Shown here: piece after piece, positions 50,157-58,845 of the stretch
How positions within the stretch are numbered: the first letter of the stretch is position 1
Layout of the letters: each line of letters begins with the position of its first letter
Assembly: GCA_046760145.1 (NCBI GenBank)
Contig: JBHIDO010000001.1
Location: forward strand, 947-64,946
Direction of reading: 5' to 3'
DNA length: 64,000 nucleotides
Source: Candidatus Aenigmatarchaeota archaeon
GTDB lineage: Archaea; Aenigmatarchaeota; Aenigmatarchaeia; Aenigmatarchaeales; Aenigmatarchaeaceae
Program-made: the position numbers and the translations under genes
Notes under the pieces: model-generated
The model's input: only the letters and a program-made list of their open reading frames with translations
Told to the model about the DNA's origin: nothing
Database searches by the model: none

Positions 50157-51185
50157 ATGAAAATAAATTATGTTTTATGGAATTTGAAATGTACTGGTGG
50201 TAATAGGGTTATATTTGAAATAGCTAATGGCTTGGTTGACAGGGGTTATGATGTAACTATAACTGCTGCTGGTGGAGATCCAAATTGGTTTCCCCTCAGA
50301 GCTAAATTAAGAATTTTTCGTAGTTATTTCAAATATCCATCTTTGCTAAATATGATGAGTAGTTTCTTTACTATGATGACAAAGAAACATGAAGCAGATG
50401 TAGTTATTGCTACCTGGGCCTTTACTGCTTATCCTGTTAAATATTCTGGAAATGGGAAAAAATTTTATCATATTCAACATTATGAACCATTATTTTTTAA
50501 CCAACCTTTTAAATATCTTGTAAAGAGAACATATTCTTTTCCTTTGAAATTAATTTCTAATTGTATTTGGCTAAGAAACATGCTAAAAAAGAAACATAAT
50601 AGAGATTCAGTAATAATAAATCCTGGTATTGATCTGAAGTTATTCAGACCTAAAAAATTAAAAAAAGATCCTAGTAAAAAAAGAATTGTTTGTTTGGGAA
50701 AGGATTACATTCCTTGGAAAGGGGTCCAAGATGCATTTAAAGCAATGGAAATTGTAAATGAAAAAAGAAAAGATGTTGAATTGATTTTTTATGGTATTAG
50801 ACCTTTAACAACTAAAAATCCTAAGGTTCCTTATAGATTTATTAAATTTCCCTCTGATGAAGAACTTGTTAATCTATATAATTTGGCTGATTTAGTTCTT
50901 TGTCCATCTTGGTATGAAAGTTTTCCACTTCCTCCATTAGAAGCAATGGCTTGTGGTGTTCCAATTGTTACCACAAGATATGGAACTGAAGATTATGCTT
51001 TTGATGGAAAGAATTCACTAGTAATTCCACCAAAAAGACCAAAATTAATGGCAGAAGCAATTTTAAAAGTTTTAGATGATGAAAAATTGGCTAGAAGATT
51101 AAGAGAAAATGGAATAAAAACAGCTAAAAAATTTACTTGGAATAATACAGTTGATAAATTTGAAAGATTATTAAAAGAGATATAA
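50157..51185 (+). CDS. Family 4 glycosyltransferase
   Basis: TGGNRV and ESFPLPPLEAMACG. Confidence 0.93.
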   Translation: MKINYVLWNLKCTGGNRVIFEIANGLVDRGYDVTITAAGGDPNWFPLRAKLRIFRSYFKYPSLLNMMSSFFTMMTKKHEADVVIATWAFTAYPVKYSGNGKKFYHIQHYEPLFFNQPFKYLVKRTYSFPLKLISNCIWLRNMLKKKHNRDSVIINPGIDLKLFRPKKLKKDPSKKRIVCLGKDYIPWKGVQDAFKAMEIVNEKRKDVELIFYGIRPLTTKNPKVPYRFIKFPSDEELVNLYNLADLVLCPSWYESFPLPPLEAMACGVPIVTTRYGTEDYAFDGKNSLVIPPKRPKLMAEAILKVLDDEKLARRLRENGIKTAKKFTWNNTVDKFERLLKEI

Positions 51186-51195
51186 TGAAATTAAG

Positions 51196-52602
51196 GTGTG
51201 TAATTTGAAAATATCATTTATAGTGATGTATAAACCCACTCCATTAAGTCTATGTTATCCTTCACTTGGTGTTGGTTATCTTTCTTCATATGTTAAACAA
51301 AATACTGATTTTAAAACATCTGTAATTGATACTGCAATAGAAGATCCTATTAATAGATTAACCAAAGAACGCCCAGATATAATAGGAATATCTTCGTCAA
51401 CATTAGAATTCCACGAGGCAATTGAATTATCAAAAAAAATTAAGGAAATTTTTGATGTCCCCATAATAGTAGGAGGATCTCATATATCTGCATTACCACA
51501 CACATTACAAGATTCTTTTGATATTGGAATTATTGGTGAAGGTGAACAAACTCTTGTTGAATTATTAAAATTATTTGAAAAGTATGGATTCAGTTCTAAT
51601 AAACTTAAAAATATAAATGGAATTGTTTTTCATGATAAAAATAATAATAAAATAACAAAATCCAGGGAACTGATTAGACCTTTGGATAGAATACCTATGC
51701 CTGATTATGATTTATTTAACATGAAATATTATCTTAAAAAACAAGATCATTTTCCAAGAAAACATGGAAAAGGAATGTCGATGATAACTTCAAGAGGATG
51801 TCCTTATAGATGCGTTTTTTGTGGAAGTTCTCATTTTTGGAGGATGTTAAGATATCACTCAGCTGAATATTCAGTAAACGTAATGAAATTCCTAATAGAT
51901 AAATATGATGTTGAATTCATCAATATATTTGATGACATATTTGTAATAGATATTAAAAGATTAAAGGAAATAGTGAAACTAATTAGAGAAGAAGGAATAC
52001 ATAAAAAAGTAACTTTTGGTATTCAATCACGAGCAAATATAATGTCAGATGAAATCTGTAAATTACTAAAACAAATGAATGTTTATTATCTTGGTTTTGG
52101 TCTGGAAAGTGGAAGTGAAAAGATACTAAATTATTTAAAAAAAGGGACTGTCACTGTAGAAGATAATAAAAATGCTGTGAAAATGTGTAAGAAATATAAT
52201 TTTGCTGTTGGGTCTGGTTTTATGGTAGGTAATCCTAATGAAACTGAGAAAGATATGAATGACACTTTAAAATTTATTCAAGAAAACAATATGGATAGTT
52301 GTACTGTTTATATAACAGCTCCTTTACCAGGAACAGAGCTTTGGGAATATGCCAAGAAAGAAGGTCTTGTTTCAGATAATATGGATTGGAGTAAAATAAA
52401 TCAATTCTTTACTGGTGATAATGTTATATTGAGTAAAATGGACAGAGAGAAATTTACTATGATTTATAATAAAATATTAAGAGCAAGTACTGTTTCAAAA
52501 ATAAGAAGTAACATATTACATCCATTCTCATTAACTAGTTATTTCATAAAGAATCCATTTGCAATAATAAAGTACTTAAAACAAATAAGAAAAGGTGGGT
52601 GA
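51196..52602 (+). CDS. Cobalamin-dependent radical SAM protein 6
   Basis: SLGVGYL, GGSHIS, GEGE, SRGCPYRCVFC, GLESG and PLPGT. Confidence 0.93.
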   Translation: MCNLKISFIVMYKPTPLSLCYPSLGVGYLSSYVKQNTDFKTSVIDTAIEDPINRLTKERPDIIGISSSTLEFHEAIELSKKIKEIFDVPIIVGGSHISALPHTLQDSFDIGIIGEGEQTLVELLKLFEKYGFSSNKLKNINGIVFHDKNNNKITKSRELIRPLDRIPMPDYDLFNMKYYLKKQDHFPRKHGKGMSMITSRGCPYRCVFCGSSHFWRMLRYHSAEYSVNVMKFLIDKYDVEFINIFDDIFVIDIKRLKEIVKLIREEGIHKKVTFGIQSRANIMSDEICKLLKQMNVYYLGFGLESGSEKILNYLKKGTVTVEDNKNAVKMCKKYNFAVGSGFMVGNPNETEKDMNDTLKFIQENNMDSCTVYITAPLPGTELWEYAKKEGLVSDNMDWSKINQFFTGDNVILSKMDREKFTMIYNKILRASTVSKIRSNILHPFSLTSYFIKNPFAIIKYLKQIRKGG

Positions 52603-53918
52603 ATAAATTGAAAATAGGAATATTAGGGGGAGGATTAACTGGTTTATCTTTAGGATTATTTCTAAAACATGATTTTGAAATTTTGGAAAAAGAAAAAGAA
52701 TGTGGAGGATTATGTAGAAGTATTCAGGAAAATGGTTTTACATTTGACTATGGAGGAGGACATATTTTATTTTCAAGGGATGAAGAAATTCTCAACTTTA
52801 TGTTAAAGTTACTTTCAGATAACATTGTAAAATGTAAAAGAAATAGCAAAATTTTTTATAACGGAATATATATTAAATATCCATTTGAAAACGGATTAAG
52901 TGATTTGCCGTTACAAGAAAATTATGAATGCCTAAATGACTTCATAGATGTTTTAATAAAATCTTCTAAAGGAGAATTGAAAGAACCTTATAATTTTCAA
53001 GAATGGATTTATAATACATTTGGAAAGGGAATTGCTGAAAAATATCTAATTCCTTACAATAAAAAGATATGGAATTTTGACCCTCAAAACATGGGAATAG
53101 ATTGGATAAAAATTAAAGATAGATTACCAAAACCAAATCCAGAAGATATTATTAAGTCTGCATTAGGGGTTAAAACTGAAGGGTACAAAGCTCAATTATA
53201 TTTTTATTATCCTAAAAACGGTGGTATTCAATCTTTGATAAGAGAAATGGAGAAAAGAATAAAAAATATTACTAGAAAGTTTAATATCAAAAGAATTTTT
53301 AAAAGGAAGGATAAATGGCTAGTTTCTAATGGTTTTATAGAAAAAAGGTTTGATAAATTAGTATCAACTATTCCTTTGCACGATATAATCTTAATGTTGG
53401 AAAAAGTTCCAGAAAAGGTTAAAAAAGCTGTTAATGATTTAAAGTTCAATTCTTTAATGACAGTTCTTATTGGAATTGATCAAGATAATTTATTTGATAA
53501 GCATTGGATTTATATACCAGATATGAAAATGAAACCCCATAGAATAATTTGCCCTACTGCAAATACAAAGGAAACAGCTCCGCAAGGAAAATCCTCTTTA
53601 ATGGCAGAAATAACATGTAAATTTGGAGATTCTTATTGGAATAAATTTGATAGTGAAATAATAAATGAGGTTATTAATGATTTGCATGAAAGGAAAATTA
53701 TAGATAAAAATAAAGTTATTTACAAAAAATTAATGAGGTCTAAATATGCTTATGTAATTTATGATTTAGATTATCAGAAAAATATTAGAATTGTAAAAGA
53801 TTTTTTCAATGAAATTGGTATTGAATTGTGTGGAAGATTTGCAGAATTTAAATATCTTAATATGGATGCATGTATTAGAAGTGCTTTGGAAATGGCAAAG
53901 AAATTGAATTCTAAATAA
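52599..53918 (+). CDS. FAD-dependent oxidoreductase, UDP-galactopyranose mutase-like
   Basis: GGGLTG, GGLCRS, FDYGGGH, YAYVIYD and GRFAEFKYLNMD. Confidence 0.75.
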   Translation: MNKLKIGILGGGLTGLSLGLFLKHDFEILEKEKECGGLCRSIQENGFTFDYGGGHILFSRDEEILNFMLKLLSDNIVKCKRNSKIFYNGIYIKYPFENGLSDLPLQENYECLNDFIDVLIKSSKGELKEPYNFQEWIYNTFGKGIAEKYLIPYNKKIWNFDPQNMGIDWIKIKDRLPKPNPEDIIKSALGVKTEGYKAQLYFYYPKNGGIQSLIREMEKRIKNITRKFNIKRIFKRKDKWLVSNGFIEKRFDKLVSTIPLHDIILMLEKVPEKVKKAVNDLKFNSLMTVLIGIDQDNLFDKHWIYIPDMKMKPHRIICPTANTKETAPQGKSSLMAEITCKFGDSYWNKFDSEIINEVINDLHERKIIDKNKVIYKKLMRSKYAYVIYDLDYQKNIRIVKDFFNEIGIELCGRFAEFKYLNMDACIRSALEMAKKLNSK

Positions 53919-55962
53919 CCTCATATATTTTAACCATTTCATTTCTAAATACTTGTTTAAAATGTTCTAATCCTTGACCTTCTAACATAAACATTTTTGT
54001 GAATACAACATTCCTTAAATTTGGTGGAATTAAAACTACATATCCTTGATGTTGAGGAATCCATATTGTATACGGCATTGTTTTATCAGTAATTCTTACA
54101 TTTAATATTCCTTCTAAAGGTTTTAAGGACTCTATTAATTCTGTTTTATTATATTGATTCAATTTTAAAGTTTTTGGTATACCACCTTCGTAATAAATCA
54201 TTTCATTATATAATGAAGCTCTTCCTGTTTCTTTATCCACAAAAATCGGTAAAGGTATGTTAGCAAGAACAACAAAAGTATTTCCATAATTTCTTACCAT
54301 ATAACCACCTGCAACAAATGAATTTTGTAATCCTAGTTGATAGTAAAGAGGACAGTTTGGATTAACTGTACCATCACAACCTGTTCCAAAATATTCTATC
54401 CATCTGAATTTTCCTATTAAATCATCAGAAGCTATCCAATAAACTTTAGGAGAATTACCTTGATATTTTCTTATTAATTTTAATGATTCATTTTCATCAG
54501 TAGTTGCCATTATTTTTCCTAGATCAACAATTCTATCATTTATTGTATAATAACAAACTTCTTTACAATGTGCTCCATCTGCTATATTTCTTCTTTCAGC
54601 TAAACCAGATATCATATGCCCTGGGTCCCACCAAGTTCCAACTAAAGAATACTCAGGGGTTTGAGTTTTCAAAAAGTTCCATGCATCATCCCAATATACA
54701 TTTATGTCAGGACCAAGTTGAGATCCAATTTCATAACCAAAGTTAAATGCAATTAAAACTATAAGAACTCCTGCGCCAATACAAATTGTTTTTATTATTA
54801 TGTCTTTTTTCAGGGACCATTTAACCAAATAACCAAATCCAACTCCAATCAAGACTATGAATAATGCAGATGTAAATTCTGTAAATCTAACTCCCCTAAA
54901 TGATGTATAGACAGCTATTAAGAATAGAGTTAATAAAAACGATAATATATTAATATCTTTTTTGTAAGCTTTATATAAACCAAAAAATATAAACAAGAAA
55001 ATTACTATAAACATTATAATGTTGAATATATTATCTCCTGTTACAAATCTACCAGTTGCTAGAATCCAACCTTCTAAACTGAATATACTAAAAGGTTGTA
55101 GTTCTGCAATAGATATATTTACAATCCATACTTCTGCACGTTGGGCAAATCCAATCACATTTAATAAACTTGATATAGGACTTTGATTTGTTATAAAACC
55201 TATAATTATTAAACCTATGAAAAGTAAGACCATAAAGATAAACTGGCCTTTAAATTCTTTGAAAGAGAATTTTAATCTTTCACTAAAACTAATCTTTATT
55301 TCCTCCCTTTTTCCTATTAATAAATTTAATAGGAAATAAACAATAACATATCCTGCAAGGATTAAATACGAATAAATAAACATCTCCCAAGTTAACATGA
55401 ACGCTGTAAAACCTATTAATGCAAAACAAAAACTTGCTATTGTTCTTTTCTTTAATCCATAAATTCCTAAATAAAGGGTTAAAACTATGAAAAATAGGGT
55501 TATGGCATCAGTGTCATAAGAACTTCCAAACGTTCTTGTTAAAATTGCTGGAGCAGTTCCTATTAAAGATGCTGCCAATAAGCCACCATATTTATTTGAT
55601 AATTCTCTTCCCAAAAGGAACGCAGGAATAACAATTAAAGCTCCATAGATTGCAGACATATAAGCTGCAGTTGTCATTAAACTAAGGCCAAATAGTTTTG
55701 TAAACCAATATATAAAGACAGTTACATAGTGCATAAATGGTTGTAGATTCATAAATCTTCCAACATAATATCCAATTTCATCCCATACAGGCAAGTGTCC
55801 CCAATCAGCAAGATATTTAGTAAATCTATATTGAAAAATGGGATCAAAGGAAAGTAATCTATCAGGAACAATATTTATAGATCTTATGTAATATGAAAAT
55901 AAGAATATGAAAATTAATGCAAGCCAAACCCAGTTTTTCTTCAAAAAATTTTCTAATTTCAT
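53911..55962 (-). CDS. aglB: Oligosaccharyltransferase AglB/STT3
   Basis: SFDP, YDTD, SIAELQP, RGVRF, WWDPG and DLIGK motifs; polytopic N-terminal region. Confidence 0.9.
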   Translation of the reverse strand: MKLENFLKKNWVWLALIFIFLFSYYIRSINIVPDRLLSFDPIFQYRFTKYLADWGHLPVWDEIGYYVGRFMNLQPFMHYVTVFIYWFTKLFGLSLMTTAAYMSAIYGALIVIPAFLLGRELSNKYGGLLAASLIGTAPAILTRTFGSSYDTDAITLFFIVLTLYLGIYGLKKRTIASFCFALIGFTAFMLTWEMFIYSYLILAGYVIVYFLLNLLIGKREEIKISFSERLKFSFKEFKGQFIFMVLLFIGLIIIGFITNQSPISSLLNVIGFAQRAEVWIVNISIAELQPFSIFSLEGWILATGRFVTGDNIFNIIMFIVIFLFIFFGLYKAYKKDINILSFLLTLFLIAVYTSFRGVRFTEFTSALFIVLIGVGFGYLVKWSLKKDIIIKTICIGAGVLIVLIAFNFGYEIGSQLGPDINVYWDDAWNFLKTQTPEYSLVGTWWDPGHMISGLAERRNIADGAHCKEVCYYTINDRIVDLGKIMATTDENESLKLIRKYQGNSPKVYWIASDDLIGKFRWIEYFGTGCDGTVNPNCPLYYQLGLQNSFVAGGYMVRNYGNTFVVLANIPLPIFVDKETGRASLYNEMIYYEGGIPKTLKLNQYNKTELIESLKPLEGILNVRITDKTMPYTIWIPQHQGYVVLIPPNLRNVVFTKMFMLEGQGLEHFKQVFRNEMVKIYEVI

Positions 55963-56094
55963 TTTATCAACTTAAGAAGAATTAGAAAAACAAATATAAA
56001 AAGTTAAAGGACTGACAATTAATTCATGAGAAATATATTACCCATACTAGATAGTATAAAGAATAGAAAAATTTTAAAATAAATTAATAAAATT

Positions 56095-56271
56095 TTATCT
56101 CCTTCTTCTTGCAAGTCTGTATCCGCCTTTGACCTTGTAAATTGTGTAACCTTTCCTTCTTGCTTTTCTTGCAGCAGCTTTTGTTTTGAAAGTTTTCTTC
56201 CTTGAGGTTCTTCTTCTTGTTCTTCTTCTTGCTGTTCTTCTTCTTGCAACTCTTCTTCGTCTTCTTACCAT
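56095..56271 (-). CDS. Arginine-rich protamine-like small protein (58 aa), not in ORF track
   Basis: MVRRRRRVARRRTARRRTRRRTSRKKTFKTKAAARKARRKGYTIYKVKGGYRLARRRR, with GGAGG RBS 7 nt upstream of the ATG. Confidence 0.8.
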   Translation of the reverse strand: MVRRRRRVARRRTARRRTRRRTSRKKTFKTKAAARKARRKGYTIYKVKGGYRLARRRR

Positions 56272-56342
56272 TTTATTTCCTCCATTTTGTTTATCAAAAA
56301 TGTTTTTTGATATAATAATTATGTAAATTCTTACTTAAAAAA

Positions 56343-57386
56343 TTATCTTTTATTACAAATTATAATACCAGATTCATTTTTCTTACCATTTACAGTAAAT
56401 TTTACTGGCAAGAATTTTTCAATTACCCAAATATTTGTTAGGCAATGATTTGTAATTTCTGCAACAGAAATTTTTCCACTTGCAATTGCAAGATATGGTA
56501 ATATTTGATCTGTCATCCATCTATCTAAACAAGCATTTGTATCTAATTGTTTTTTTAATAAATTTGCACATTCTTTTCCAACATCTTCTGCCTTCTTTCT
56601 AATTTCGCCTAAACTGCTAGCACCTAAAATACTATTTGTTGTTTTTGCCCATAGAACAATTCCAGATCCTGGACAAATAGCATCGCAATATTTATAATCT
56701 ATTTTTGGAGATATAGCAAACTTTTTTGAAATAATTTTTTCTGCTGAATCTTTTTGTCTTTCAGCTACCTTAGATTTTTCTAGGTGTTTAGATGCAATTG
56801 AAATACCACAAATATTCTTTATATTTCCTTGTTCAGTTAAAATAATTTGTTTTAGTTTTTCTGCAGGATATATTTCTATTTCAACTTCGCTACCTCCACG
56901 GGGATAGAAGCCATGTCTTTTAACATTTAATTTAATTTTATAGTCTATTTTTTCTAAGAGTGGTATTGTCACATTTTCTAAATAAGGCGTTGGCGGTGCC
57001 CATTTTCCAAAACTTGCACCGCCCTTTATACTAATGTTAATTTTGTGCTTCGCAGAAATACAGGCAAGTTGTAATAATTGAAGAATTAAACCAATTGAAG
57101 CTGCGGTAGGAACTTCTATGGTTAATTTACTTTCTTTAATTTTTTGGGGGTAAAATTCTATTTCTTTGCTCCTTAACGTTATACCTTTCGTTTTAGCATT
57201 ACATAATTTTTTTGCAGCTTCTATACTTTTTACAAGTTGTGTATGTAATCCTGGTTTAGGACGATTTGATCTTATGTTATATATTCTTACAGGTTTTTGT
57301 GTTAAAATTGATAAACCTAATGATACCCTTACTATAGCTCCCCCTCCTTCTAGGTAATCTCCTGCTACTTCGATAATATTTTTCAC
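56343..57386 (-). CDS. rtcA: RNA 3'-terminal phosphate cyclase
   Basis: EGGG, RPKPGL, GFYPRGG, AERQ, DQ and catalytic-His motif TNHCLTN. Confidence 0.93.
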   Translation of the reverse strand: MKNIIEVAGDYLEGGGAIVRVSLGLSILTQKPVRIYNIRSNRPKPGLHTQLVKSIEAAKKLCNAKTKGITLRSKEIEFYPQKIKESKLTIEVPTAASIGLILQLLQLACISAKHKINISIKGGASFGKWAPPTPYLENVTIPLLEKIDYKIKLNVKRHGFYPRGGSEVEIEIYPAEKLKQIILTEQGNIKNICGISIASKHLEKSKVAERQKDSAEKIISKKFAISPKIDYKYCDAICPGSGIVLWAKTTNSILGASSLGEIRKKAEDVGKECANLLKKQLDTNACLDRWMTDQILPYLAIASGKISVAEITNHCLTNIWVIEKFLPVKFTVNGKKNESGIIICNKR

Positions 57387-57553
57387 CTTTTGAATAAGCT
57401 ATTTAAAATTTCTTGTTTATATGTAAGATTCAATTTTATATTATTCCAACATCTTTTTAATTCATTTGTTGTTATTCTTGGGATGTTACCAATTATATTT
57501 ATAACCTATGTTGTTTATAGAATTGCGTATCAACATGCGACCAAACATTGAAC

Positions 57554-58795
57554 TTAGATTTTAATTACATCACCATTGTGTGGTGCGATTGTATCAAATC
57601 CTCTAGATTTTAATTCTTTTGCAAACCTCTGACAATTGTCTCCATGCAAACAAATAACTTTCTCGGCATTAATCTTATGAGCCAGTTCAAATAATTCTGA
57701 TCTTCCTGCATGTGCAGAGAAATCAAGATATTGTATATTCATTTTTACTTTAAAATCTAAGTCCTCTGTGACATATCTTCCAGTATCTAGTAAATATCTT
57801 CCTGCTGTTCTAGGTATTAAAAAACCTGTGAATATTAAGGAGCAGTCTTGCCTGTTGTATAGATGTTTCATATATTGAACAACAGGTCCACCTTCCATTG
57901 TTCCTGAAGTTGTTACAATTGCACAAGGTTTTTTTATTGCACGTCTTCTATCATCTTGATTACGAATTAATCTAACATTTTTAAATGCTCTAGCCAAAGC
58001 TTTGGGGTCTCTTAAAAACTTTTGATGAGCTAATGCAATTTCTGTTGCCTTTTTTCCCATACCATCAAGATAAATTGGAAATTTTGGTTTGAACCTATTT
58101 AGAATCATTATAATTTCAGAAGATCTTCCTATTGCAAATGAAGGTAACAAAGCAATTCCGTTTGTTAGGATTGTATCTTTTACTAATTGATATAATTTCT
58201 TTTCTAATTCATGTCTTGGTGGATGATCTCTATTACTATAAGTAGATTCCATTATCAAAATATTAATATCCTTAGCATTAATTCTAGCTCCTGATAATAA
58301 TTCTGTTTGTTTTAGTTTGAAATCTCCTGTATAAAGAATTCTTTTGTTTTCTATTTCTAAAGCAAATGAGCAAGAACCAGGAATATGACCTGCATCATAA
58401 ACTTCTACAAAACCTTTTTTGGTTTCAAATTCTTCATCATATTCTATTACTGTTTCATATCTTTTCATTTTTTCAATATGTTTTTCTGTATAAATCCTAG
58501 GATGTTTCTTTATGATTCCAACTTTTATTGAATCTTTTAAAATCAAATGTTCCAGATCAAAAGAGGGTAAAGTAGAATAAATGTTACATTTTGATTTTTT
58601 GAATATGGTTGGTGTGGATCCACAATGATCTAAATGAGAATGGGTTAATAAAATTGTGTCAACCCTTCCTGGAGGTTTAGGCATTTCCCCCGTTTCTACT
58701 TTAATCCCATAATCAAACATTATTTTTTCCTTTGAATCTATCAAAACTGCATTTCTTCCTACTTCTCTAAAACCACCTAAACATTTGATTTGCAT
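57554..58795 (-). CDS. Beta-CASP metallo-beta-lactamase ribonuclease
   Basis: GGFREVGR, THSHLDH, GHIPGS, YTGD, ESTY, FSAH and LHG. Confidence 0.92.
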   Translation of the reverse strand: MQIKCLGGFREVGRNAVLIDSKEKIMFDYGIKVETGEMPKPPGRVDTILLTHSHLDHCGSTPTIFKKSKCNIYSTLPSFDLEHLILKDSIKVGIIKKHPRIYTEKHIEKMKRYETVIEYDEEFETKKGFVEVYDAGHIPGSCSFALEIENKRILYTGDFKLKQTELLSGARINAKDINILIMESTYSNRDHPPRHELEKKLYQLVKDTILTNGIALLPSFAIGRSSEIIMILNRFKPKFPIYLDGMGKKATEIALAHQKFLRDPKALARAFKNVRLIRNQDDRRRAIKKPCAIVTTSGTMEGGPVVQYMKHLYNRQDCSLIFTGFLIPRTAGRYLLDTGRYVTEDLDFKVKMNIQYLDFSAHAGRSELFELAHKINAEKVICLHGDNCQRFAKELKSRGFDTIAPHNGDVIKI

Positions 58796-58845
58796 AATAT
58801 AAATATTCACTTTCTTTTTAAATAGGCAATGGAGAACCTATTTCT

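Noticed and set aside
56019..56249. Glu/Gln-rich 76-aa ORF from the track
   Set aside because: It is a shadow frame of the AGA-rich protamine-like gene. It has a non-ATG start and no RBS, while the Arg-rich frame has both ATG and GGAGG.
57383..57553. Possible gene remnant between rtcA and the beta-CASP gene
   Set aside because: There is a short open stretch on the minus strand, but no start codon context or recognisable motif.
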